A stretch of DNA of 62,532 bases, filler included. It is 6 parts of 6 records of this genome, joined end to end, with 100 filler letters (N's around TTAATTAATTAA, not from the genome) between each part and the next. Parts side by side here need not be neighbours in the genome. Positions count along the whole stretch, not along the records: positions 23,993 to 33,816 come from SRR31147125_18042; positions 33,917 to 41,132 come from SRR31147125_18055; positions 41,233 to 50,333 come from SRR31147125_18063; 3 more parts are not named here. One strand, written 5' to 3'. The first letter of the stretch is position 1, and each line of letters begins with the position of its first letter. Shown here one piece after another: positions 32,663-43,101 of this stretch. The position numbers and the translations under genes were made by a program. Below the pieces are notes generated by a model. That model was not told the DNA's origin. It saw only the letters and a program-made list of their open reading frames with translations, and searched no databases.

Positions 32663-33689
32663 ATAAATCCTCTCCACTCAATATATTTCCAATCAAATTT
32701 GCTGTTGATTCCACAATCGGTATAACCTTCGAATAATTCATTCGAGTCGGCCCAATCACGCCTAAAGTTCCCAGGACCTGATCATTCTTTTTATAAGCTG
32801 CTGTTATTAAAGAACAGTCAGACATTGAATCAAAACCACTCTCAGAACCGATAAAAATTTTAACCTTCTCACTACTTAAAGACTCGCCAAGAATCGTCAT
32901 TAACTCTTTTTTCTCTTCCAACATCTCCAAAAGAGCAGAAGCCTTCTCCAAATCCGACTCTTCTAGCAACTTAGACTTACCATCAACAAACATTTCACTC
33001 TTATCAACATCCTGAAACATCTTTTCAGAGAGCTGATGAGCCCTATTTATTAAAAGATCGTACTCTTTTTGCGCAATTATAACTTCATTTTCAAGCTTAA
33101 ACTTCGCTTCTCGCAAATTCAGGCCATAAAAGGCTCTGTTACAATAGTTAGTGATCCTCTCAAGCTCAGAATATGTAAACCTATGGTCAGTTGAAATAAT
33201 CCTATTTTCGACTAACCCGTTTCTTCCCACGAATATTCCAAGAACTCTACTATTTGAAAGAGGAATAAACTCCATATGCTTAATCACAATCTCACCCAAA
33301 GTTGGAGCAACAACAACCCCTGCACAGTGTGAAAGAGTCGAAAGGAGTTTTGATGTCTTGTGAAAAACATTATGAATACTGTACGAAGCATCCTCATACT
33401 CGGATTTTATTCTAAGGACTTCGTTATCTGAAAGAGGTTTAACCTGGATGAGCTGATCAACATAATATCTAATCCCTTTTTCAGTTGGGATTCTGCCTCC
33501 TGAAGTATGCTTATGTGTGAGAAGACCAACTTTTTCGAGATCGGCCATGACGTTTCTAATCGTTGCAGATGAAAATCTATTATCCAATGTCTTAGCTATC
33601 GTAGCCGAACCTACAGCCTTACCATCATTTATAAATGTGGAGACAAGGGTTCCTAATATTTCTTCACTTCTTTGATTAAAGTTTTGCAT
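32652..33689 (-). CDS. hrcA: heat-inducible transcription repressor HrcA
   Basis: VGS, SSATIRNVMADLE, HTSGGRIPTEKG, GTLGVIGPTRMNY. Confidence 0.96.
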   Translation of the reverse strand: MQNFNQRSEEILGTLVSTFINDGKAVGSATIAKTLDNRFSSATIRNVMADLEKVGLLTHKHTSGGRIPTEKGIRYYVDQLIQVKPLSDNEVLRIKSEYEDASYSIHNVFHKTSKLLSTLSHCAGVVVAPTLGEIVIKHMEFIPLSNSRVLGIFVGRNGLVENRIISTDHRFTYSELERITNYCNRAFYGLNLREAKFKLENEVIIAQKEYDLLINRAHQLSEKMFQDVDKSEMFVDGKSKLLEESDLEKASALLEMLEEKKELMTILGESLSSEKVKIFIGSESGFDSMSDCSLITAAYKKNDQVLGTLGVIGPTRMNYSKVIPIVESTANLIGNILSGEDLYDE

Positions 33690-33771
33690 GACAGCTCTTT
33701 GCTAATACCCGAATTTCATACAACATCGCGGAATTTCATACCAATTTAGCTCTTCGATTGTCAAGCATAAG

Positions 33772-33801
33772 GGTGACGGAGTAAAAGGTGACGGAGTAAA
33801 A
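33772..33801. repeat. 15-bp tandem direct repeat followed by a small hairpin at the contig end
   Basis: GGTGACGGAGTAAAA x2, then AGTAAAAA...TTTTTACT; GAATTTCATAC also occurs twice (33711, 33731). Confidence 0.8.
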
Positions 33802-33816
33802 ATGGCCTTTTTTACT

Positions 33817-33916
33817 NNNNNNNNNNNNNNNNNNNNNNNNNNNNNNNNNNNNNNNNNNNNTTAATTAATTAANNNNNNNNNNNNNNNNNNNNNNNNNNNN
33901 NNNNNNNNNNNNNNNN
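33817..33916. other. artificial contig linker
   Basis: N-run + TTAATTAATTAA + N-run. Confidence 0.99.
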
Positions 33917-34439
33917 GAAATGCACCTATACCATCGCCATTTCCATCGCGACGATATAAATAAAAGTTGGCATCGCCATTCCCCGAATTCTTTGTTAATT
34001 TCAGTTCTCCATTTTCGTTTGCAATAAAGGTTAACAAAGGCTTGCCATTCACCGAAATATTATAGGGTTCACGAATATTTAAATCCATATCAGAGTAGAA
34101 AAAGAAATTCACCATTTCACCTTGATAATTGGCAGGAACCGTTGCCGTAAGAAACTCAAATCCTGCTTTCCCGGTAGATGCGCGTGCAATCATAGCCTGG
34201 CGCACATCGTCGCGTAACGATGGGTAAGAATACATTCCACCCTCAAGTTGTTCGGTAAATCCCTCAACGTCGTTTTTGCAAATCTGGTACAATTTGTAAT
34301 TCACATTTACACTGTGAATTTGATTTTTCCCCGCAGTTTCGTGTGCGTGCAGGTTTCCCGAAGCAAGAATAAGCACACTAAACACTGCACAAATTGCAAG
34401 CTTCAAGTTCAAAAAAGTTATAGCTTTTGTCCGTTTCAT
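33917..34439 (-). CDS. secreted protein, probably the N-terminus of a glycoside hydrolase; truncated by contig end
   Basis: Sec signal peptide (…LILASGNLHA); last visible gene of a sugar operon; catalytic part not visible. Confidence 0.55.
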
Positions 34440-34460
34440 ATAATTTGTTTTTCGCTTTTA

Positions 34461-35483
34461 CTATTTATATTCCCTGGCAGTTTTAATAAACATTTCAATA
34501 TTTTCCGAAGGAGTACTCGATGGCAGCGCACAGCCTGCATTCAAAACAAAACGATTGGTTTTTGTGAAAATATCGAGCAATTCCAATGTTTTTTCGCGAA
34601 CAAGTTCCGGAGTTCCCAATGCCAAAACACCCGATGGATCAACATTTCCGAAGAATGTGCATTTATCTTTCATTGAATCGAAAGCCTTTTGCACATCGGT
34701 TTTATAATCCAGTTCAAGTCCGTCGGCACCTGTCTCAATCATGTGGTCGATAATAATATCTGTATTTCCACAAATGTGCAGTACATAGTCAACACCGGCC
34801 TTATGTGCTACCTCAACAACTTTTTTGTTATAAGGTTTGGCAAATTTCTCGTACAATTCGGCCGGAATCATATCAGGACCAGCCGGACTATCGCCGTTGG
34901 AAACCATGTGGCAGCCGGTTTCAGCCATCAACTTAATAAATTGCGAAGTAGCTTCAGTACAATAATCCAGCAATTCAAAAATCAGCTTTTCCTCGGTCAT
35001 GTAAAAATCCATCATCCAGTTTTCGGTACCCCGAATCATACTGGCAAGCGAGAATGGCGCCTGATCGCAATTGCCGCGCACATAAATTTCGTCGCCAAAA
35101 TGCTCTTTAATCAGTCGCACCGACTCGCACCAAATTTCTATGTATTTATAACTTCCAACATTAACCGGTTTCAGGTTTGGCAACATGTCGTACGAGTCCA
35201 TAAATCCGCCGTGGCTACGCGCAGGTTCATCCTCCGGAAAGTCTACGTCAACACCACAAGCACCGGCAAGTGTAACGGTGTCGATATCGATTAAAACACC
35301 GTCGTATTTATATTTTTCAATTGATTGTATAAAGGCATCGGCAATGGCTTTTGGATTGTCGCGGTATTGCCTCATGGTTAATCCGGCTTCTTTTGCTACC
35401 ATCATAAAATTATGGAGCATTACCGGAATTTTATCTGTTTCTTTTCCTGCTAATGCAGCTTTTATTCTTTCGTATCCGTTCAT
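34461..35483 (-). CDS. uroporphyrinogen decarboxylase-superfamily protein, MtaA/CmuA methyltransferase-like
   Basis: ERIKAALAG..DKIPV, APFSLASMIRG, LHICG, FGNVDP..L..GTPE, LNAGC (HxC...C zinc ligands). Confidence 0.88.
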   Translation of the reverse strand: MNGYERIKAALAGKETDKIPVMLHNFMMVAKEAGLTMRQYRDNPKAIADAFIQSIEKYKYDGVLIDIDTVTLAGACGVDVDFPEDEPARSHGGFMDSYDMLPNLKPVNVGSYKYIEIWCESVRLIKEHFGDEIYVRGNCDQAPFSLASMIRGTENWMMDFYMTEEKLIFELLDYCTEATSQFIKLMAETGCHMVSNGDSPAGPDMIPAELYEKFAKPYNKKVVEVAHKAGVDYVLHICGNTDIIIDHMIETGADGLELDYKTDVQKAFDSMKDKCTFFGNVDPSGVLALGTPELVREKTLELLDIFTKTNRFVLNAGCALPSSTPSENIEMFIKTAREYK

Positions 35484-35509
35484 ATTGTAATTTTCTTTTA
35501 TTTTAATCT

Positions 35510-35647
35510 CTACCCCTCACTCTGTCGAGAGCTCCCCTTATAAGGGGAGCCAGCGTAGAACAAGCTTCATTCGGTTCATCAAAGCCCCTGCTTTACATCT
35601 CACGTTTTCCCCTCTGTGAGGGAAAATGTCGATAGACAAAGGGGTAG
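35510..35647. repeat. REP/MITE-like palindromic element
   Basis: Terminal inverted repeats CTACCCCT...AGGGGTAG; inner perfect palindrome GCTCCCCTTATAAGGGGAGC; second hairpin TTTTCCC...GGGAAAA. Confidence 0.7.
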
Positions 35648-35655
35648 TGTTAATA

Positions 35656-36909
35656 TTATTCGTATTCCTTTTTCAAATCATTTATTCTCTCCACTAGTTC
35701 TAACATGGCCCGACCGTTGTGGTATGGGCATTTCCATGGGTCAATTTTCCAGTCGTTACGGTAATAAGGCGATGGATCGTCGGCCGGTTCAACCAAATAC
35801 GGGACACCCAAACGATTAACCTTTGTAAACCATTCGCCTCCTTTGTGGTCGATTACACAGCGGTCTATAAAACCCCAGCTCAATTTTACTGTATCCCAGT
35901 ATTTCTGCTCGTTCTGTAATTGATACATATTCATAAAACCAACCAAAGTTTCGGCTTGCAACCACCAGTGTTTGTTGGTTTTTACATGGCTGCCAAAACG
36001 TGTCGATTCAAGAAATAAACCACCGTCTTTGTCAACGGCAACGCGCAATACAGAATCGGCCATTTTGGTAATAAGAGGTTTAACTTTGGTAATTATTTCT
36101 TCGTTTCCCAAAATCTCGGCAGCTTCCCAAATTAACCACGAAGCCTCTATGTCGTGACCAAAAGAGCAAATGCCTTTTGAGCTTTCGGTTTCTTGTAATT
36201 CAGAAGTAAAAAACACGCCCAAATGACCACTTTTGCGAATGATATTTTCAATGAAAATTTCCAATAACTCGCTTAGACGTTGTTTTACCAGCTCGTCTTT
36301 ACAAACCTTGTAAACCGCTGCATAGGCTTCCAGTACATGCAAATGCGTGTTCATCGATTTTGGCTCGTTATTATCCGCCATTCGGTTTTCTTCGTACAGT
36401 TTCCAGTCGCGGGTAAACGCTTCAAGGTAACCGGCATTTGCAGGGTCTTTTGTTTTATTATCGAGGAAATAGAAAAAGTCTTTAATCTTTTCAAGCACCT
36501 TTTGATCCTGATTTAACTCGTAATATTTGCTCAACGCATAAATTACAAATGCCTGTGCGTATGTATGTTTTATATCGTTAACCACCTCGTTATTCGACGA
36601 CAGTTCCATATAAAAACCACCCTGTTCTTCATCTGCAAAATCCTCGGTAACAACTTTGTAAGCCAGGTCGGCAATTTCTTCGTAGCCTTTACCCGGATAA
36701 GCTTTGGCTGCAGCAGCAAAAGTCCATAAAATACGTGCATTTAATACGCAGGTTTTGTTGGCAGAAAGAACCGGTTCGTTGTTTAAATCCACGGCTCCGT
36801 AAAAACCTTTGCCTTCTTTTTCTACTCCAAATTTTGTCCAGTATTCGAGAATATTAAAAAGTTCGTTTTCGAATATTCCGCGATAATTATTTAGTTCTTG
36901 TTGATTCAT
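35656..36909 (-). CDS. AGE family epimerase (cellobiose/mannobiose 2-epimerase-like)
   Basis: LNARILWTF, YAQAFVIYAL, KSMNTHLHVLEA, SFGHDIEASWL, WWLQAE, WKCPYHNGR. Confidence 0.93.
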   Translation of the reverse strand: MNQQELNNYRGIFENELFNILEYWTKFGVEKEGKGFYGAVDLNNEPVLSANKTCVLNARILWTFAAAAKAYPGKGYEEIADLAYKVVTEDFADEEQGGFYMELSSNNEVVNDIKHTYAQAFVIYALSKYYELNQDQKVLEKIKDFFYFLDNKTKDPANAGYLEAFTRDWKLYEENRMADNNEPKSMNTHLHVLEAYAAVYKVCKDELVKQRLSELLEIFIENIIRKSGHLGVFFTSELQETESSKGICSFGHDIEASWLIWEAAEILGNEEIITKVKPLITKMADSVLRVAVDKDGGLFLESTRFGSHVKTNKHWWLQAETLVGFMNMYQLQNEQKYWDTVKLSWGFIDRCVIDHKGGEWFTKVNRLGVPYLVEPADDPSPYYRNDWKIDPWKCPYHNGRAMLELVERINDLKKEYE

Positions 36910-36924
36910 TGTTGATTGTGTTTA

Positions 36925-39812
36925 TTACTTAATTTTGTAGGTCTCAACGGCATTTTTGCCAAGAGTAATTTCAAAACCTTTTCCTTTCTTATTAATACTT
37001 ATCGGATTCTCTTCAATCATATCCGTTTTCGAGATTTTTTCAATGTTTTTATCCAGATTTATTTTTATGTTTTTATTGTTTCCTTCTGCTTCCAAAAGAC
37101 GAACAACCACATCGTTATCATCTTCGGCCTTTTTAATGGTTGTAATTACCGCGAACGGATTCGATGTACTTACAAAACTCTTTTCGGCAGGAAGTTCTCC
37201 TTTTTGTTTGCCAGTTTTTAAAACGGTATGAAGCGGATGATTGGCTGCAACACCAAAGTGAAATCCGTTTTTCCAACCTTCGTTATGCGATGTAATTGAA
37301 AACTTAAAACTGTGGCTACCCTTTTGGTGGTACCAGTTTCCTTCGCCGTGGCAGCTTTTGTGTGTTGACAGTAACACCGAATTAATCACCGGATAATCAG
37401 CAGAATTCATGCTCGGGTCAATCCAGTCGGTGGTAACCACATTTGTCGACATGGTAAAACCGAAGCCGTTTCCGTTAGCTGTCATAAAATTCTGAATTTC
37501 GCGCGGGTGAATTTCTTCCGATTTTTGAAGATAGGTTCCACCCCAGGCCGAACCTCCCGGGCGCATTTGCAACTCGTCTTTTCCAACATGCACCATTCCC
37601 ATTGGTACGTCGTACGAAATCTGAGCGCTTTTTTTCATGTTTAACGGGAACATTACACGTAACTGACGGTTGTGTTCTCCTGCCCAGTCGGGAATATTGT
37701 ATTCTAAATCAATCTGTTTTTTCTGGTGATAAACTGTAATAAGCTGCTCAACCGAAAAACCTTTCATTTTGTATTCCGATTTGAATTTGGAATAAACAGC
37801 ACCCGATTCTACTAAACTCCAGCTGCTTTCTTTTTGATGTGAGCGTTCCATACCTCCGTAATTTGGCGCAGTAATGGTTACAAACTCGCCGGCACCGTTG
37901 CCTTCGTACCCCATGTGGAATAAATCGCCGGCTACCATTGCCGAAGTATTAAACACCTCTTTATTTAAAGTTTTATCGAATAAACGGGTTATTCCACCTT
38001 GTCCGAATTCAATTTTATAGAATTGGTTATTGCAATAATTTGCTCCTGCGGAAATTTTGGAATTTTGTCTTTTCCCTTTTTAATATTGAAAGTTTTATAA
38101 CCAATCGACGGCATATCTTTCAGGCTAAAAGCCAGTTCTTTTTTCTTTTCATAAGAAATAAGTTGAGTGGGAATTTCATCTCCTTCGTTACTTGTTACCA
38201 CCCAGTCGCTACCTTTTAAATGCGAAATATCTACTTTGGCAAAACCGTCGCGGCTCCACGACAAATCGTTGAATACAACAATGTTTTGTTTGCTCTTTAA
38301 TTCCACTTTTTCGGTTATGCTGCCTAAAGATTCGTTCAATAATTTTTTGCCAATGTTATTACCGGTTTCCAGTGCCACACGGAAAAGACTATCAGTAATA
38401 TGCCCGTTTTTACCGCCCCAACCGTGGTCGGGATAAATAGCATTAAACCAGGCTTTGGCGAATTGCTTTTGTGGGTAGGTCGAAAAATCGTTGTTTAACT
38501 GGCAATTAATTGTGTTGAATATTTCAGCGGCCGGAATATTAACTGCGGCTTCTTTTTTAGCTTTAATTGCTTCGTAATGCCCGGCTCCGTGAATGTACAA
38601 CCACAGATTAGGACGCTCGCCGTATATGGAATCGATTTTTGCTTCGGGAACATCAATCTCGTGCAAAAAATCAAGGGCAGTCGAATGCCCGATTTCAGGA
38701 ATATTCATGCCCGATTTTTTAGCAATTGCATTCCAGCCTTCAATAACGTCTTTGTAATATTTTGGTCCGCCGGCATCGGCGCTAAGTACAACTCCATAAT
38801 GAGGTGGAATATTTCGTTCGCGGTAATACGCATTCCAGCCTTTTAAAATCTTCGCTAACTCGTGCATAGCTGTAATCGCATCTTCGTCAAGTACTTTGTG
38901 GTGATAATGATACCAACCGTAATTCCCCGGACTATAAGTAAAAATACTCGAACCATCGGGGCTGTACCATTTATAAAAACCTTCTTTCATGCGTGAAACA
39001 AACAGGTAGTCGATTCCCGATTTTTTGAACAATTGCGGTACTTGCAGCGAACGCCCCGGAACATCGATATTATATGCAACAGTGGCATCCATTCCGGGCA
39101 ATGTGTTTTTTATCCAGCGGCGTCCTAAATACGACTGACGAACCAACTGCTCTCCCGATTCCACACCTTCGTAAGGCTGCGTAAAAGTGGCTCCCCATTC
39201 AAAATTTCCCGATTTATAGGTGTCAATTAGGCGTTGTCTATCTTCCGGCGAATCTTCAAGAGTCTCCATAAGATTTAACGATTGCTCCATTTCGAATTTA
39301 AACTCCGGCTCTTCCTCCATTAAATCAAGCGCAGGCAGAACAATATCGTGCACTCTTTCGTGGCGGCAACTGTCGGGCGTGTTCATCCATCCAATATCCT
39401 GATGCGATGAAACAATAACGTGTACTTTCCCTTCGCCAAAATAATCCCAGTCGGCCGGAATTAATGGTTCGAAACGCTGCTCTTGTACTACCTTTTTTTT
39501 CTTTTCAGCTTTGGTAATTTTTAAAAGCCCCGGATTACCAACCAATGGCAGTAACATTTGCACATCACCATTTTTCAATTTCTTTGCCGTAAGAATTTCG
39601 TTGTTAAAACTCACTTCAGTTACTTTAGCCCAACACTCGCTTGTAACATGTGCTTCAACTTTATAGCTTCCGTTTACAAATTCGTACTTATAGGGTTTTT
39701 CGTAGGTAAAAACCATCATCTTTTCCGACGACTGTCCTGAAACAGTTTGTAGTAAAACAATGATTATAAATGATAAGAGAACTACTTTCTTCATATTATT
39801 GTTTCTTTTCAA
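36925..39812 (-). CDS. glycoside hydrolase family 38 (alpha-mannosidase-like), secreted; one frameshift at about 38055
   Basis: SHQDIGWM and IDVPG N-terminal motifs, VFNDLSWSR, PSIGYKTF; C-terminal IKKAEDD..VVRLLE; shifted frame links via NQFYKIEFGQGGITRLFDK. Confidence 0.85.
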
Positions 39813-39836
39813 TTCAATTTCAGTTAATTACATTTT

Positions 39837-39852
39837 GCCAAAACGTTTTGGC
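39837..39852. promoter_or_regulatory. LacI-type operator for the GH38 operon
   Basis: Perfect palindrome GCCAAAACGTTTTGGC between lacI stop and GH38 start. Confidence 0.75.
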
Positions 39853-39869
39853 TTTATACTAAAAAAATG

Positions 39870-40889
39870 CTAAAGCATTCCACACGATTTTCTTATAATT
39901 AAATTTGTTTGCAAACTTACTTTCTCATATTCCGATGATTCTTCTTTCATATTCTTCAATAAAATATCTACAGCCTGATCTCCTATTTCGCTGCTGGGCA
40001 GAATTACCGATGTAACCGGCGGTTCAATAAGATCGAAAGCACTCATCTGACCAAAACTTATTATGGCAACATCGTTGGGAATACGAACTTTTAATTTCTT
40101 TAATTCTCGTAAACCTGCTGCTGCTAAATAATGAGTAGAAAACACCAAACCTTCAATACTGTTGGGAAATTGTACCATTTTTTTGATAACCTGGTACATA
40201 ACCAGCTCAATACTTTCGTACTCCAATTCCTGAACAAAATCCGGCTTTACTTCCAGTCCATGCTTTTCCATTGTTTGTTTATACCCTTCCAAACGTTGTT
40301 TTATTGCCTCAAGCCCGGGTTTTAAAGTAATAAAACCAATCCGTTTTCGGCCTTGCTTTATTAACTGCTCAACGGCTGTCGAAATTCCGCCGTTATTATC
40401 GCTAATAACATAATTGGTGTCAATTTCGGGGTAATGCCTGTCGATTAATACAAATGGGAAATTGTTTCTTTTTAGCCTTTTAATGTCTTCCTCGTTTTTT
40501 TGAGAAGAAGCAATAATCAATCCATCAACCTGCCGGTCTAACATAGATTCTATTAATTGGCTTTCGGTTTCCATACTCTCTCCGGTACTGCAGAATATAA
40601 CATTGTATCCATGCCTTTGAGCTTTAAGTTCAATTCTTCGGGCAATTCTTGCATAAAAATTATCGGAGATATTCGGAACAACCAAACCTATCATATCGCT
40701 TTTTCCACGACTTAATCCGCGGGCAAGCTGATTGGCTTTATAGTTATGTTCTTTGGCAAACTTCAGAATTTTTTCCTGAGTTTCTTTACTCACACGTTTC
40801 TCATCCCCTCTCCCATTTAATACGAGAGATATTGTTGATTTTGAAATATTCAAACTTCTGGAAATATCCTGTAAAGAAATCTTTTTCAA
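39870..40889 (-). CDS. LacI family transcriptional regulator
   Basis: SLQDISRSLNISKSTISLVLNG HTH, YKANQLARGL, LIIRKSC. Confidence 0.95.
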   Translation of the reverse strand: MKKISLQDISRSLNISKSTISLVLNGRGDEKRVSKETQEKILKFAKEHNYKANQLARGLSRGKSDMIGLVVPNISDNFYARIARRIELKAQRHGYNVIFCSTGESMETESQLIESMLDRQVDGLIIASSQKNEEDIKRLKRNNFPFVLIDRHYPEIDTNYVISDNNGGISTAVEQLIKQGRKRIGFITLKPGLEAIKQRLEGYKQTMEKHGLEVKPDFVQELEYESIELVMYQVIKKMVQFPNSIEGLVFSTHYLAAAGLRELKKLKVRIPNDVAIISFGQMSAFDLIEPPVTSVILPSSEIGDQAVDILLKNMKEESSEYEKVSLQTNLIIRKSCGML

Positions 40890-40903
40890 TATATATTTAT
40901 TTA

Positions 40904-40919
40904 GCCAAACCGGTTGGGC
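40904..40919. promoter_or_regulatory. imperfect LacI operator, autoregulatory
   Basis: GCCAAACCGGTTGGGC, similar to the 39837 palindrome, 15 nt upstream of the lacI start. Confidence 0.65.
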
Positions 40920-41132
40920 AAATGGTTCAAAAAAAATGGCAATACTACCATTTCAACCTACCTAACCTGTTCAAATTCGCCGTAAAAATATAAACTTTAA
41001 ATGAAAAATGAATATATTTTTTAAATGCTGAACAACATTTGAGAAAACATACATGCGATTTAAAACGAATTATTAGGTCTGATTTTAGTTCAATAGTTCC
41101 TTTATTTATCGGGTTTGCAGGAATTCCTACAA

Positions 41133-41232
41133 NNNNNNNNNNNNNNNNNNNNNNNNNNNNNNNNNNNNNNNNNNNNTTAATTAATTAANNNNNNNNNNNN
41201 NNNNNNNNNNNNNNNNNNNNNNNNNNNNNNNN
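41133..41232. other. artificial contig linker
   Basis: N-run + TTAATTAATTAA + N-run. Confidence 0.99.
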
Positions 41233-42202
41233 TTTCCTTTGAAAAATTCGGTTGTGACCATCGGAAACTTTGACGGTGTCCACCTTGGACATCGGGAGAT
41301 TTTTCGTAAGGTTGTATCCGAAGCTCGGGAACGCCGGATCCCTTCAGTAGTTTTCACATTCATACCCCACCCCATGGAAGTTCTGGCCCCCTCGCGGGCT
41401 CCGCAACTGATTAATACTTATAGGGAAAAAGAGCTGTTGATTGAAGCTTCCTGTGTAGATGTACTGGTTTGTGCGCCTTTTACTGCCCAGACGGCTCATT
41501 TGTCGGCCGCTTTTTTTCTGGAAAAAATTCTCCTGGAGAAGCTGGGAATGACAAAACTGATCGTCGGTTATGACTACAGTTTTGGCAAAGGTCGGGAAGG
41601 AGATACTCAATTCCTCTTGGAAAAGAGCGCGGACAAGGGCTTTGATATGGAAATTCTCAAACCGATTTCTCATGGTGAACAGATTTTCAGCTCAACGGCC
41701 ATCAGAAAGATGATTGCGGAGGGTAAAGGTGGAGCAGGTTATCCCTTTCCTGGGGAGAAATTTTTCCTTGAAGGGGCGGGTCAAGGAAGGCTTCAAACGG
41801 GGGAAAAAGCTCGGCTTCCCCACGGCCAATCTGATCCCGGATAAAAAAATCATTCCCTGTCCCGGTGTTTATGCAGTCAAAGTGCGATTTGCACAGAAGA
41901 TTTATGACGGTGTGATCAATATTGGTTACAACCCCACCTTTTCCCAGAATGAACTTTCTGTTGAGGTTCACATTTTGGATTTCAACATGGATATTTACGG
42001 CAAAAATTTGCGGGTTTTTTTTGTGGAACGTCTCAGGGACGAAAAGCTTTTTGCCACGGAAGCGGCATTGGCAAAAGCCATTGAGGGGGATATTGAAAAG
42101 GCAAAAGTTATCCTCAAGGGTAAAAAAGTGATTGAGTACCACGACTATCTGGAATGCGGTTCTTTGAGGTTGAAAAGACAGAAAGGTGGCATGGATGATT
42201 GA
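41233..42202 (+). CDS. ribF: bifunctional riboflavin kinase/FAD synthetase, 5'-truncated, frameshift at about 41727
   Basis: IGNFDGVHLGH, VGYDYSFG, SSTAIR; then LGFPTAN, GVYAV, NIGYNPTF, EVHILDF, LRDEKLF. Confidence 0.95.
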
Positions 42203-43055
42203 TGGCCAGACAAAAATTTTTGGGGTTTTCGGGGATCCGATTGCCCATTCGCTCTCCCCTGCAATGCACAATGTGGTTTTCTCTGAAATGGACATCAATG
42301 CGGTGTATCTGCCTTTCCACGTCAGAAACCAGGGGTTGGAAATGGCTGTTGCCGGAATTCGGGCGCTGAATCTGGCGGGAGTTAATGTTACCGTGCCTCA
42401 TAAAGAAAAGATCATGGCTTTTCTGGATGAAATCCATCCGGATGCAGGTTTGATCGGGGCCGTTAACACTGTTGTAAACCGTGAGGGTCGACTGGTCGGA
42501 TTTAACACGGACAGCCTTGGTTTTCTGAGGTCTCTAAAAGAGGATTTGAAATTTGATCCCCAAGGCAGAAAAATTCTGGTTTTGGGGGCGGGCGGCGCAT
42601 GCAGAGCGGTTCTGACAGCCCTATCCAACGCCGGAGCCTCATGGATAGGGGTAGTGGATGTTGTTTTTGAAAAAGCTGAGGGGGTGGGGAATGAATTTTC
42701 GAAAAAGTTTCCAGGCACGCAATTTGCTTGGTTTTGCTTTGAGCCTGTTCAAATTACAGGCCTCTTTTCGGAAATTGATCTTCTTGTAAATGCCACCCCG
42801 GTCGGCATGAAGGGTGAAACTTTTGAGGGATTGAGCTGGAAGCGCCTTCCGTCAACAGCCTGTGTTTACGATATTGTATATTCTTTTCCGACAACTCCTC
42901 TTGTTCAATCGGTTGGAAAACTGGGTTATCGTGCGGTTGATGGCCTTGGGATGCTGATTGCGCAGGGAGAAGAAGCTTTCTATCTTTGGAATGGGAAATG
43001 GCCCCCACCGGGGTCTATGAAAAAGGGGATTTCCTCGTTAATTCAGAGGGAATGA
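42195..43055 (+). CDS. aroE: shikimate dehydrogenase
   Basis: HSLSPAMHN, NVTVPHK, GAVNT, NTD, GAGGA, NATPVGM, GLGMLIAQG. Confidence 0.96.
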   Translation: MIDGQTKIFGVFGDPIAHSLSPAMHNVVFSEMDINAVYLPFHVRNQGLEMAVAGIRALNLAGVNVTVPHKEKIMAFLDEIHPDAGLIGAVNTVVNREGRLVGFNTDSLGFLRSLKEDLKFDPQGRKILVLGAGGACRAVLTALSNAGASWIGVVDVVFEKAEGVGNEFSKKFPGTQFAWFCFEPVQITGLFSEIDLLVNATPVGMKGETFEGLSWKRLPSTACVYDIVYSFPTTPLVQSVGKLGYRAVDGLGMLIAQGEEAFYLWNGKWPPPGSMKKGISSLIQRE

Positions 43056-43101
43056 ACCCTCGAATTTAATTACGCTACCGGTTTTATCGGAGACGCCTTT
43101 C

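Noticed and set aside
33772..33816. Start of a CRISPR array at the contig end
   Set aside because: Only two adjacent 15-bp copies, no spacers and no cas genes.
34461..35483. hemE (true uroporphyrinogen decarboxylase)
   Set aside because: It lacks the RQAGRY motif and has the MtaA-type HxC...C ligands instead.
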